The notes under the pieces: generated by a model
Seen by the model: only the letters and a program-made list of their open reading frames with translations
Told to the model about the DNA's origin: nothing
Database searches by the model: none
Program-made: the position numbers and the translations under genes
Assembly: GCF_018350175.1 (NCBI RefSeq)
Contig: NC_058373.1
Span: forward strand, 114,702,001-114,766,000
Direction: 5' to 3'
Length of the DNA: 64,000 nt
Origin: Felis catus
Lineage: Eukaryota
Shown: in pieces, positions 11,267 to 23,758 of the stretch
Position numbering within the stretch: the stretch's first letter is position 1
Layout of the letters: each line of letters opens with the position of its first letter

Positions 11267-14254
11267 CTTTTGAATATTCAATGACATACACAAACATGTT
11301 AATATTAAGAAAAAAGTTACAAAACAACAGAGATGACCTAATTCCAATTTTATTTTTTTGTTTAAAAAAAATTTTTTTTTAACGTTTTATTTATTTTTGA
11401 GACAGGGAGAGACAGAGCATGAACAGGAGAGGGTCAGAAAGAGGAGACACAGAATCTGAAACAGGCTCCAGGCTCTGAGCTGTCAGCACAGAGCCCGATG
11501 CAGGGCTCGAATTCACGGACCGCGAGATCATGACCTGAGCCAAAGTCGGCCACTTAACCCACTGAGCCACCCAGCGCGCGCCCCCCAATTTTATTTTTTA
11601 AATATGTACGTATGCAGGAGCGCCTGGGTGGCTCAGTGGGTTAAGTAGCCGATTTCAGCTCAGGTCATGCTCTCGTGTTCTGTGAGTTCAAGCCCCGCAT
11701 CGGGCTCTGTGCTGGCAGCTCAGAGCCTGGAGCCTGCTTCCGCTTCTGATTCTGTGTCTCCCTCTCTCTCTGCCCCTCCCCTGCTTGCTCTCTGTCTCTC
11801 TCTCAAAAATAAAAAACATTAAAATAAAAAAATTAAAATAAATATGTATGTATTCATACAAAAAAGGCTAAAATATGTCCCATGTGTCAAAAATGGTCAT
11901 CCTCAGTAGGTGGTATACTTCCTTTAAGTATCTCTTTATTTTCTGAATTTCCTATAATTAATACATGATATTTTACAAACCTGTGAATAAGCGGGCAGCC
12001 TGTCTTCTAAGTGCCCTATTCTGTTGACTTGCATGATTCAACAGGAAGTTCTCAATAGTAAAGTATGGAATTAGTGAAATGTCAAAGAATAAAAAGCTCC
12101 TCAAATAGCTAGGAGAACACTAAGAACAGATTCCTGGGTCTCAACAACAGTAAGGTTTTACAAGGAAGCTATTAAATGAGTATGATGCACTGTGAAGTAC
12201 TCGCAGACCACAGATCATGTCCAATCTCACTTCTGCCATACAGAACTAACCTGGACAATATGCTCTCCGGATGGTGTCACACTCGTTTATTCTGAGTAGT
12301 TTATGATTTTTTAGTTTTTTTAAATAATAACACTGCCTGCTTGGCTTTTGCAAAACGCCCTGCACAAGCAACATTATCAACATAATAAAGCTGTCTTTTC
12401 TCTTCTTTGGGCAATTCTAAAAAGGTTGAACTAATGCAGGTGCAATGCTTTTTAGTCCTTTTAGGAAGGCACACAATACCCACCCACAAGCAGGTATAAA
12501 CAGATATCAACCCTGGGACTCAAGGGCTGCTTGAAACTGGTTGCCAAATATGCAAATTTCAGTTACTTCTTGCCAGTATGTCTAAGGCAAAAACACATGC
12601 TTCAGCCATCTATGGCAGCTAGTGATATCCGCAATAAACCATCAAACATGGGTCAGACACCTATTAAAAAAAAAAAAGAAAGAAAAACAACAATCCTCAG
12701 AGGCTCCAATTAGTACTTGCTTTATGAAATAACACAAAAGATACAACTGAAATTTAGATATAAGACTTGAATGGAAATTCAGAATGAGAGAAGTTGTGTA
12801 ACAAGATTTTGACAGGCACCTGAATTTGCAGAAAATTCCTCCTCCTGAGTAATGTTCTTGGAAGGAAATAGACTTTCCAAAGTAAGAAAGTATGGGCAGG
12901 CTAAGAATTAAAACTGGAGAGGGGCGCTTGGGTGGCTCAGTTGGTTGAGGGTTGGACTTCGGCTCAAGTCATGATATCATGGTTCATGAGTTTCAGCACT
13001 GCATTGGGCTGGAGGCTGTCAGCACAGAGCCCCCTTGGGATCATGTTCCCCGCCCCCCCCCCCTTCTCTGCTTGTGTTCTCTCAAAAATAAATAAATAAA
13101 ACATTAAAAAAAAAAAAAAAGAATTAAAACTGGAGATTCAGCCAGAGTGACAGTCTGCCTCCAACCTGGAAAATTTCTACTGACTCATCTTGAAAATAAT
13201 GAGCACTCCAACTTAATCAGACCAACCATGTTCAGGGACAATGAAACTGCAGATGGAATGTAGTGGCAGAAGAAGCCACTTAAAGAGTTTAACACTTTAC
13301 TTGAGTAAAGTCCTTCATAAATGCAGAACCTCATGACTTTCCCTACTGAGAGACCAGATCAGAAGACCCAGATTCAGATTTTAATCCTGACTGTACTACT
13401 AACTAGTTGTAAACTACTGGGCAAATCACTTTACCTCTTTGCTCCTCTGTGTCCCTATATGTAAAATTAACAGCTTCATTTAGATGACCATTAGTCTTTT
13501 CCAGCAATAAAATTCTATGATTCTACAGAGATAATATATTAGTAGCATAAGATCACAGTGACAATGGTGAAATCTGGACTCTAACCCAGATCTTTTAAAC
13601 TTCTCTATTGAGGTCATTTCACAACATGAAAGACATTCTAGAGCCAACTGGCCATATACCTGAGAAACTACAATTCCTGAAAACTTTTCTCAGGGCCAAT
13701 CTATACACTTGAGGGGCCAACTTTTACTCCAGATGTATTCTGGTGCTAGACAGATACTCCATAAAACTAAGCCTGTTTAATTGTTTAATATCAGTATCAC
13801 ACCCACTTTTGGATAAAGTGGAAAAAAAAATCTCGACTCAGCAGGGAATCATTCCTCAGAACATCTTTGCTCAAAATCAACTGCAAAAAACAACCCATAG
13901 GAAGACTTTTTTAAAAGGGGGCTTTGAAGAATATACAAGTGAACAGCAGAAAAAGAACTCTAAGAGGAGGTATATAGTAAGGAAGGGATAACTTATTAGC
14001 CTCTGGACGTAGCATGTTCTTAATGTTAGCTTGCCCCCACCCACTTCTAATAAGAAGACAAGGAGGGGACAAATGACCATCAACCACTCTGCCTCTCAGG
14101 CTCAATCCAGTACCCTAAAAGTGGCACCTGAAAGACCTGACAGAATAGAGGCTTGGAGGTGTTCTCACCAGAGGCATTCAATGGTAAATGGGAAAAGCTA
14201 AGAGAGTAGGGCTTTGGTTTTACTTGAGTACACAACAATTTATGATTATGAGTA

Positions 14255-14378
14255 GGTGGCCATATAACTTATCATTCAAACTAGGACATTTTTAGGAATG
14301 AAAGGAGGGCTCATAATTGTACTGGGACAATGGGAACATTGGGATGGTCCCAAGTAAACCAGGATATGTGGTCACCTT
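14255..14378 (+). mobile_element. MER94-like hAT MITE
   Basis: Inverted termini aggtggccatata...tatgtggtcacct. Confidence 0.6.
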
Positions 14379-17300
14379 AGTTATAAAGGACCCCAGCAGG
14401 CAGCCAGGTAGGCAGGGCACCTACAGAGTTACCTTATCGACCATGTAAGGTAATCTTCTCACTGTATCAAGGGGTAGGAACCAAGTAGAGGCAACAGGGA
14501 AGATGGGAATCAGTCTTGCCACCAACATCTCTGCTACTAGGATTTGTTACAACCCTGTCAATTTCCTCAGATGCCATTTTCTCATTGATTCCTACATGCC
14601 CCAGTCCTCCGGAGTATAACCTTTATTTTAAAAATTGGCCATAAGAAAATAATACTCAGAGTACATGGACTTGACCTCCAATGCATATCAACTCTGTATC
14701 CTGAGAGGTAGGTGATAGAATCTTGGATATCAATACTGCAAAGTACAATGAATGAGTAAGGTGGCAATGAAAATGTGACCCTGAAGGCATGGGAAGAGCA
14801 GATAACTAAAGTGACAAACTGCTGTTGTCAAGTCTTTCCCTAAATCCCTGACTTAGGATAACTGATGTGGCAAGCAAGTGGAATCTAACCCTCCTTGTTC
14901 ACCTAACCCATGAATAACCTTGGAAATGAAATGCCTTCTTTTTCACAGAAGCAGAATGAAGTTGCTGGTGACAGATTCAACTTTACTTGCAAGAACACTA
15001 TAATTCAAGTTCATTTAGGATTAAACAGGCTTATTATCTGGTCTAGGAGTCATATCTCCCTTTATGATATTATGTGTCTGTGGAAAAGCACTTCCAAATG
15101 ACTTACCAGTGCTCTCTGGGCAATTAAGCCCATGTTACGTTGTTTAAACCTTCTTCCAAAAAGCACTTTATCATTATTCATCTATTCCCTAGTGAGGAGA
15201 CACCTATTTCTTTTGGCTGAAATCAGGCAAATGTACCCAATCCACATGCTTTCTGCAGACATCAAACTCAAATTACAGGCTCAGTAAAGACATGTATGTT
15301 GTCTGTACCTTTAGTTGGTCTTATGCAGAAGAGGAACCAAACTGATAACCAGAGTATACCCACTCCTAATTCTACCTCACTAAAGCAGGGGAGTTTAACC
15401 CAGTGTGAAGTTACATGGTTTATGTAAGCAAGCATAGAACACGTAAAGTGTGAGGAAGAAGATTTTAGATGACTGCCAAGACCAAAATTCAGGTGAAGTG
15501 ATTTCCAGCACCAAGAGAGATCTGCTTAAGGGGTGAGTACTGTAGCTGTGACCAGAACTGTGCTTATTGGCTCAAAGCCCACTGATCCATCCCCACAGCT
15601 ATACTCCCCTCCCTTCATTTACACAGAAAGGGGGAAGAAAGCAGTTAGCAAAGTATCGGAATGATAGCACCAAGAGAAGAAAATGTTGGGGAAGTCAGAT
15701 CCTTTTAAAATGTACAAAACATTCTAAAAATTTCAGGGCAGTTAGTACGTCCCAGCGTTCCAGCAGACTCAGGCTAGAAATCCAGCTCCACCACAAACTA
15801 TAGGAACCTTCATGGTTACTTAACTTCTCTAAGCCCATTTCTTCATATGTAAAATAAGGATAACAGCACTAACCCTACCTTAGGAAAGATTCTTTTAAGT
15901 ATTAGATGTGGTCATGTATATAAATGTGCCTGACATATGAAACACCCCCAAATAATATTTGATAAATGAATGACATGCTCAAAAATTAGCTACTTATTGT
16001 TAAACATTTATCTTTATGAACAGCAGTCTCAGTTGAATGTCAGGTGAGATATCCTATTTAATTTGGTGGACACTGGGGAGCACTGCAGATTTTTGAGGGA
16101 TCAGCAGCAGATGTGGGATAATGAGGGTTAAGTTTTAGGAAGCTTACGTTGGCAGTGGTGACTAATGAGTATTAACGACGAAAAGAACAAAAACTTGGGA
16201 AGCAGCTATTGGAACCAAATTTTCTACAAAGACCAAGGTAATAGGCCAACGTAATAAAAATCTTTTTCATCCTTAGAATTCTATTTCACTTCATTTTAAC
16301 CAGAAATAATGAATTCTAGTATCTATTTTTCCACTAATGCCCTACCTGTTCTCTGCATTACAGAACACTCTGCAGTCATCTATCAATGTCCCTTTTTGAT
16401 TCTTTAACACTTAGTTATGATGATTAATACAAAACCTTCAAATGCCTGTGTCTTTTCTAGGCTATAGGTAACACTGGCTATTTTCCAAGTGGCTTAAAAT
16501 AAGACATATAAAGTGCTTAACAGAGGGCCTGGCACACATTATAAGCCAAATGAAGGTTAAAAAAAAATTATTCTGTAGTTATTAAGATTAATGAGGCATA
16601 TATAGTACGTTCACATTAAATATTTTTAATGAATAAACATAAGATGCCTGTATGGAACAAGTTAACTTTATTTACAGCAAAACACAGAAATAAAATTTAT
16701 CACCTAAGAGGAGCAACAAGGGTTGCACATGTGCTCAGAAATTACAAATTTTTCAGTTTTCAATTTTTAGAAGAGATCCAGAAAAGGTGAACTACCCTAT
16801 AAGAAGAAAATGGAAAGAAAAATATAAAAAGGCAACTTAGAAATAGCACATGCCTGGGAGCAATGAGCCCTACTTGGCATGCTGACTGCCCAAGACTAAC
16901 AAGGCAGTTCTGGGCAAGTCCTCTTTCCACTTCCCCACTTCCTTTTCCATAAAATGAAGATCTTTCCTTCTCTCTGATTCAATGAGGAAGAAAGAAGATA
17001 CAAAAAAGACTACCTACCGCAATATTTCTCAAGCTTCAGTCCCTCTTGATCACCTTTTGATTTTTGCCATATCCATGTAACACATTCACCATTATTTTTC
17101 TTTAAATTGACTTTTTAAAATTTAACCTCACTTTAAGCAATAAATTCGTTAAAAATGTTTTATACATGCTGGTTAACTTTTCCATATATAAAAATAAATG
17201 TACCATTAAAATGTAAATATTTATTCAAAGATCACCTAAAATCAGCCTATATACCCACAGGGCCAAATAGGAACCTAACCCTTATAAATTAAAATCAAAA

Positions 17301-20300
17301 TTTTAAAGAAAAAAATCCAATAAAAAAGAAATGTAATTTCACATTCTCACAATAATCTAAGGGTTAATCCTAACAGATTAACATTCAGTTCTTTATCTCT
17401 AAGAGACAATACTTATGTGGGGTACCAAAAATTGAAAACAATCAATTCCTTCTTAACCTACATAATCTTCATTTGAATTAGGATTTTAGTTCCTTTAACC
17501 TTAAAAGGCTTTAATTCTACTCCTGGGTATCTAAATTCAGACTAAAACAGTAAGAAAAGCATGAGAACCATGAGAAACCATGAAAAAAAAAGATTAAAAT
17601 TAAGTGCTGTTTATTAACAATGGAAGCGCTCTTCATCTGTCTCAATGCATAAGAAGATAAACGCACTTTTTAACTTGTAATTCAGAAAGCAGCATCCATC
17701 CATGTTTCAAGCTTTACTGGTCAATAAAGTTTCCCTGATCTAAATGATTCCAACTGTACAATGAAAGCTATCAATAATCAGTGAATGAGTACATAACTTG
17801 TGGTTCCCAGGACACATAACTGAGGGCTACTGCTCTTTTTAGGAACTCTTAGTCATCAAAAACACGTTGGCATAAGTCAAGTTAATGATGATCCTTCAAA
17901 CAATACAGAAGACAAAGACAACTTTCTGCTGTGATAATGTCTCATAAGACTGGTGGTCACTAGTTAGACCTCACTAGGTTACTTTATTTTTTTAATGTTT
18001 GTTTATTTTTGAGAGAGAGGGAGAGAGACAGAGCACAAGTAGGGGAGGGGCAGAGAGAGAAGGAGACACAATCTGAAGCAGGCTCCAGGCTCTGAGCGGT
18101 CAGCACAGACCCTGATGCGGGGCTTGAACTCACAAACCACGAGATCATGACCCGAGCCAAAGTTGGATGCTTAACCAACTGAGCCACCCAGGCGTGACTC
18201 CCCCCCCCCCACCCCAATAGGTTATTTTCAAGCAGAAGTGACAAACCTGGGCATAATTCTAAATCTGCCAATCTTTGATAGATATCAATTAGCAGACTAA
18301 AGAACAAGTGGGAAAAATAACGTGCATCTATAAATATCCATGTTACTTTATCCTTATGACACAATCTCTATAATTTATCATTGCAATGTCCTCCAAGGCC
18401 ATCTCTATGATCCTTCTCTCTTTCCCACTAAAGCTCATAAGCAAGAGAATTATTTGCTACACTAAGTACTATAAACCATAGAAAAATCAAGTATCAATTA
18501 AAGTATCATAAAGCAGAGAAGATTTTTTAAAAGAGCCATGCACTGTTACAAACAATAAGCAAATGTTCCTAAAATGCAAGCTTGAGAGCATGGTTTATAC
18601 CCAATTCATCATCTCTGTTTTCATTGCTTCTGCGTTATAAACTATGCACTCAAAAACTATTTGTTGAACTAATTAATAGACCAAAGAATAAAATATAACT
18701 CCTTCACAGCAATGGATTATCAGTAAACAGAAAAGCCTGGAAGAACATCCAAGAATTGATTCCCTATTCATCTTATCAAAATGTGTACGTACTCTGAAAG
18801 CTTTTTCAGGCCTATCACTGGTCATATTTCCCCTGATAAACTAACCACTGGACCAACAAATTCATTCTAATTAAACACCTGAGAAGTTCTAATGAAGTTA
18901 GACTTTATTCCACTGGCTAAAGCCAAACACCTTACCTGTAGATAACATGCTCTTAGATGTATTACAAAAAACTGATTCCAGAAAATTGGCATAACAGGGA
19001 ACTGGGACTGGGAATAAGGAAATGATCGAATTAATAGGTTCAAATTAAGCATATGGTTATTATCACAGCTATTATTTGATGCTTAAGAACACTCTTTGAT
19101 GACAATACTGGGGTTAAGCTTCTTTACATAGCATTTTTAACTGCATCTCATTGAGATCTTTCTCAATTTTTCACATTGTACAGTGCTTTGTGCAATAAAT
19201 GTTAGATATTGAAAGCGTCAATCTCCCAAAAGCTTTTTGTGAGGTTCAAGCTTTTTGTGAGTTGCAGCAGTGGCAACCAGACCAAAAGCATGGGCCAGGC
19301 CTCTGTGCTAAGAACTTTACAAGTGTTATTTCATTTAATCCTCACCACAACCCTGTGGGGTATTACTGCCCTTACTGTATAGCTGAGGAAACAGACTAAG
19401 TGACTTATCAAAGGTTAGCAAGTAGTTGAATTGATATTCATCCCCAGGCAGCCTGATTCCAGAATTCATGCTATTCATCTCTACCTAACTTATGATAATA
19501 AAATCAGAGACCTATGTGAAATGAAATAGGACTAAACAGTTATCTCAGTTATAAATATTAAGACCAAGTAAATATAATTAAATGCCTTTCCATTCACAAT
19601 TCCTACTTAACACTTCGAAACAGTACAGTTGCTGATGCTATTTGAAAAGCTTCTGAAGGCGCTTTTCCTACATGTATTTAGTCATAAGCGTTAAGAAAGA
19701 GATCATAATCTCTCACTGAAACTCAAAACTTCATACTAATGGGCTATTAATCTGCTAGTTCTAAAGGTTCCAATGCCTTAAATATCAATTCAGGGAAAAT
19801 AATATTATTAGATGCAACCAAAGACTTAAAGGGTAAAGCCAGGATACCTCCTAAATATGTGTTTCAGCGTAACTTCCTTGATGTTGGTAGGATCTCTTAG
19901 AAGTAGCACTTCAACATACATTGTGCCTTCTCATTCCATACCAAAGTCACAACACTATCCCGTCTGCCCCATTTGCACATGTCCATTATCAATAGTCTAA
20001 GAACAAGTGTCAGCTAATAACGATACCAAAAGTTCCTAAATCCGAAACACAAAGAAAACAAACTCACATTTTCTCTGAGAGGCCTGGCACTGTTTAGCAC
20101 CCAACTAAACTTTACCTAATATAGTTCTCACAAAAGCCCTTCAGGTAAATGCTGGTATTCCCACTGTATACACCAGGAAACAGACTCAGAGAGGCTTAGG
20201 TCACACATTAAGTGACACAGCAGTGATTTCAACCATGTGTATGCTATACTACACTGCCTTACATGATATCACAGTTCACGCCTTTCTCTGATCAACAACA

Positions 20301-23300
20301 AAGAAAACTACTTTTTAGGTGAAAAGTACTTTAATGTTTTAAAACAGCAAAAAACCATCCTCCCACTTGTTGCTGTCACAGTCACACTTCCCAACAGACC
20401 ATCTTTTCTCCTTCCTGATATTCTCTGGTTTACTTTTAATATCTGCTGGCATCATTGTGCCCTGGAAAAAGGGCTAGCTGTAGGAACAAAATAGCAATGA
20501 ATGTATCCTTAACAAATAGCATTTTATAAGGCCATAGGAATCATACAAATATTTTTACCCTAGATCTAAGTTAATTCTACCCAACAGTATGTGTCAGTTA
20601 CAAGAAACGTGAGCCTGCCCAAACAATTAGGAAATGAAAACAGTGAACAAACTATGAATACACTATCATTTTAATCACCACTTTCTAAAGGCTTTAACCA
20701 ATCCAAGATACAAGAACAAGGACAAAATGCATAAAGGTAATCTCATTACCATCCCAAAGTCTGGCCTCCTACCTACCACATTATTGTGAAACATTAGGGA
20801 TAGATAGCATTAGCCTCAAAAACACTAACAGCCCCTCCCCTCAGGTGTTAACTGAAGGACATGATAGATAACAGAAAATGTAAACATGACACTTTAAATA
20901 GTTTTAAATCGGAGATTATTGAAGGACTTCCCAGAACAATATTTAATTAGCTTTAACAAGTTAAGGTGTATTTATGACTCCCAGAGGGGGGCTTCCTAAT
21001 CTGAAGCAAACAGGAGGAATTTTCTGTTAGCATAAATTGTACTGATAATGGAAGGTGAATAGCTAAAAAGGCTTTTAACCAAAACTCTACGTTTAGGAAA
21101 TAAGTAAGGAAAGCTAAGTGTATCTGAGCTAAACTTGGAGGGGGGTGGGTAGCGGGGAGCCTGCTGCAAGGACTAGGAAGGAGGACAAGAGTAGATAAAA
21201 AGGAAACAGGAAGGACTGAGCTAGAGGAAGTGTGAGGGGAAGGAGGAGGAGTAAGGGGCAAAGAAGACTGAAACCCAGAAAGCACTGATGGAGATGGGCA
21301 ACTCAGGCCCAGAAAAATAAGGAAATAAATGCCTAAACCAGGAGGTTTGCCATAGCCTGCTCTGTGGGAAGGACTCTCCTCTTCTACATACGAAAATTAA
21401 GATAAGGGAAACAAACTGGCCAAGACTAGAGAAAACAGGGTTCATTTAAGACATAGGGGAAGGTCCTGCACAAGGATAACTCCTTGAGAATGGAGGCAAC
21501 ATTTTAGCGTTTTTAAAAAAGTGTTAAAATGTGTGAATTGATAGCATGTGAATTATATCTTAATAAATCTTATTTTTTAACAGTGTTAAGCTGGGCAACG
21601 TAGGACTGTACTCACGACTTAATTACCATGATTAGGCCTATAAAAGAGTACCCCCAAAATTCCCTCACCCAGGAGGGAGAGTTTACTTGTGTCTGGGAAC
21701 ATCTCTGTTGGAAAACATCAGTCTGGAAAGGGGACTAGAATATAACGAACACAGGAGGAAAAAAAAAAACAACAACAACAACCCTGTGAGCTCTTTAGAG
21801 CTCTTCCCCACTTTTGCCCTTGGAATTTTTGGCAGTATCTGGGAAGGAAGCTTTTGTTTGGGGTATGCCTTGAAGTGGAATATCAGGTTTCTTCAAGGGA
21901 TGATCTAGGGTTAAACTCTACCTAGTCAAAGAGAAAACGATCTGGGGTGGAAAAGTCAAGTCAGTTCTGGAGAAACCCCAGAAGGTTTATCGCGAAAATG
22001 ATCACACGAGTCTTCTCTCTGCTACCCCTAAATTGGACTGCACGCCTGTGTCACTTCCGACTGTTACTCGCGAAGACGACGGATGCTTTGCTATGATCCC
22101 AGAAGTTTCTGGCCAGCTGCCCACTGACGTAAATTAGAAAACCATTCGGGGACCGGCCTGGGTGAAGCGAAGCGCCACGTCCAGCGCGGGGCTCCCGCTT
22201 CCTCCCTCTCAATGCAGGAAAAGGGACGGAGTAGGGGAGAAGGCGAGCGGAACGCCAGATCCGCCGTCTTCGCCCGCTTTCGGGGAGGCCCCCCCCTCCC
22301 CCCGCAGCGGACCCATCCCCACTCGCCCGCCTAGGCCCCGAGACCCCCGGGAGGAGGGCGGCGGCGGCGAACTCCCCCGCGGGCAGCAGGCGCACCTCCC
22401 CCGGGGCAGCTGTCGCCGCGGCCCGCCCGGCCCGGGCCTCCCCGGGAGCAATAGGCTATCGATTCAGCTGCCTGTCGCTAGGAGCCCCGGGAGAGCGAGG
22501 CCTACACCGCCCGGCCGGAGCCCCGGCCTCGATTTCGCCACTTTCCCCACACCGGAGGGGGAGCCCGGGGGCAGCCCAGCCCAGCTGGGCGGGAGGGAGG
22601 AGGTGCGGGGACCACCTGCAACGGTAGCCGCGGGCAAAGGGGGTGCGGGCGCGGGGCTGCAGCCAACAAGTCTCCCAGGGTCGCCCACCCACCACCCCCA
22701 GCCTCACAAGTTGCGCATTCAAGTTCAGGCGGGTGCCCCTCAGCCTCCAGAGTCCTTGGCACTGCCCACACCATAAGAAAAACACGACGCGGAAGAGGCC
22801 ACCACAGCGGAGGGAGATGGGGCCGGGCCCCTCAGGGCGTCGAGGGGGCGGCCAACAGCCACCCGCCCGCCCGGCTCCTCTCCTCGCTCACCCAGCCAGC
22901 CCCCGAGTCGCGGCCCGCGACCCCTGGGCGGCCAGCCCTGTCACCGCCCGGCCCCCTGGCCCCCAGGCCCCTTCTCCCGGACGCCGGCGCCGGGGACTCG
23001 AGCTCCCCCTGGCCTCCGGCGCGCCTCGGCCTCCTCCCCCTCCGAATCCCCAAAATGCCCCCCGCACCTTTTAAAGTACACCGAGGAAGAGTTTCCCATC
23101 AAACTTTGTCAGGCGGTAGTCTCGCCCCCTCCCCGACCCACGCTTCCAGGGCAGTCATCAGGAGAGACCACTTTACACTTGGGATAAAGCGAATTAAGGA
23201 CCTGTCAACCATTTTAGGTCTTTTTTACAGAAGACATCCTCTCCCTCCCCACCCTCCCCCTGCAAGGGTTTGAATTTGACACCAAACCTTCCCACCGCAG

Positions 23301-23420
23301 AAGGGGGGTTGAGGAGGGAGGGGGTGGGGACGGAGGGCAGAAGGAGGGTAGCGAGGGAGAGCGAAAGGGGAGGGTGGAGAGGGGCCGGGAGGCGCGGGGC
23401 GGGGAAGGGGGTTGATTTAC

Positions 23421-23634
23421 CTGAGACCAGCCACTGGCCTCCATTGTTGGAGAATTCAATGGCATTGACACAGCCGAAGTGGCCGAGGAGGTCCTTCTTG
23501 TAGAGGTTTCTGCAGCCCCGCAGGCGTCTCCTCTGAAAGTCCTGAGTGAGCAGGGGGTCCCCATGCAAGCCCCGCTGGGACAAGAAGCCCACCACTGACC
23601 TCATGCTGCCCCCCAGGCCAGCTCTCCTCTTCAT
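23421..23634 (-). CDS. DCAF5: DCAF5 (WDR22, CRL4/DDB1 substrate receptor) coding exon 1; 214 nt, phase-1 donor
   Basis: Translation MKRRAGLGGSMRSVVGFLSQRGLHGDPLLTQDFQRRRLRGCRNLYKKDLLGHFGCVNAIEFSNNGGQWLVSG matches the DCAF5 N-terminus and first WD40 repeat as I recall it. ATG at 23634; donor CAG|GTAAAT at 23421/23420. The remainder of ORF 23194..23634 is intron read-through. Confidence 0.96.
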
Positions 23635-23641
23635 GCTGGAA

Positions 23642-23670
23642 CCGCCGCCGCCGCCGCTCGCGCCGCCGCC
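23642..23670 (-). repeat. Interrupted (GGC/CGG)n trinucleotide tract in the DCAF5 5' UTR
   Basis: ccgccgccgccgccgctcgcgccgccgcc on the plus strand, ending 7 nt before the ATG on the sense strand. Confidence 0.85.
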
Positions 23671-23746
23671 CCTCCCTCGGCCTCACGCGCGGCCGCCGCT
23701 CTCCCCCCACCCAGCCCTCCCCCCGCGCTGCGATCCGGATGGTTCT

Positions 23747-23758
23747 TTAACCAGCCAT
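23747..23758 (-). promoter_or_regulatory. Candidate upstream ORF (ATG GCT GGT TAA, Met-Ala-Gly-stop) in the DCAF5 5' leader
   Basis: Minus strand reads gccATGGCTGGTTAA, with optimal Kozak -3G/+4G; 112 nt lie between its stop and the main ATG. Requires a TSS upstream of 23758. Confidence 0.6.

Larger units (their letters stand above)
1..23420 (-). other. DCAF5: DCAF5 intron 1 (partial; exon 2 lies beyond the left edge)
   Basis: Starts with GT after exon 1. I did not find the expected exon 2 peptide (GDDRRVLLWHMEQ...) in the ORF track or by eye. Confidence 0.8.
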
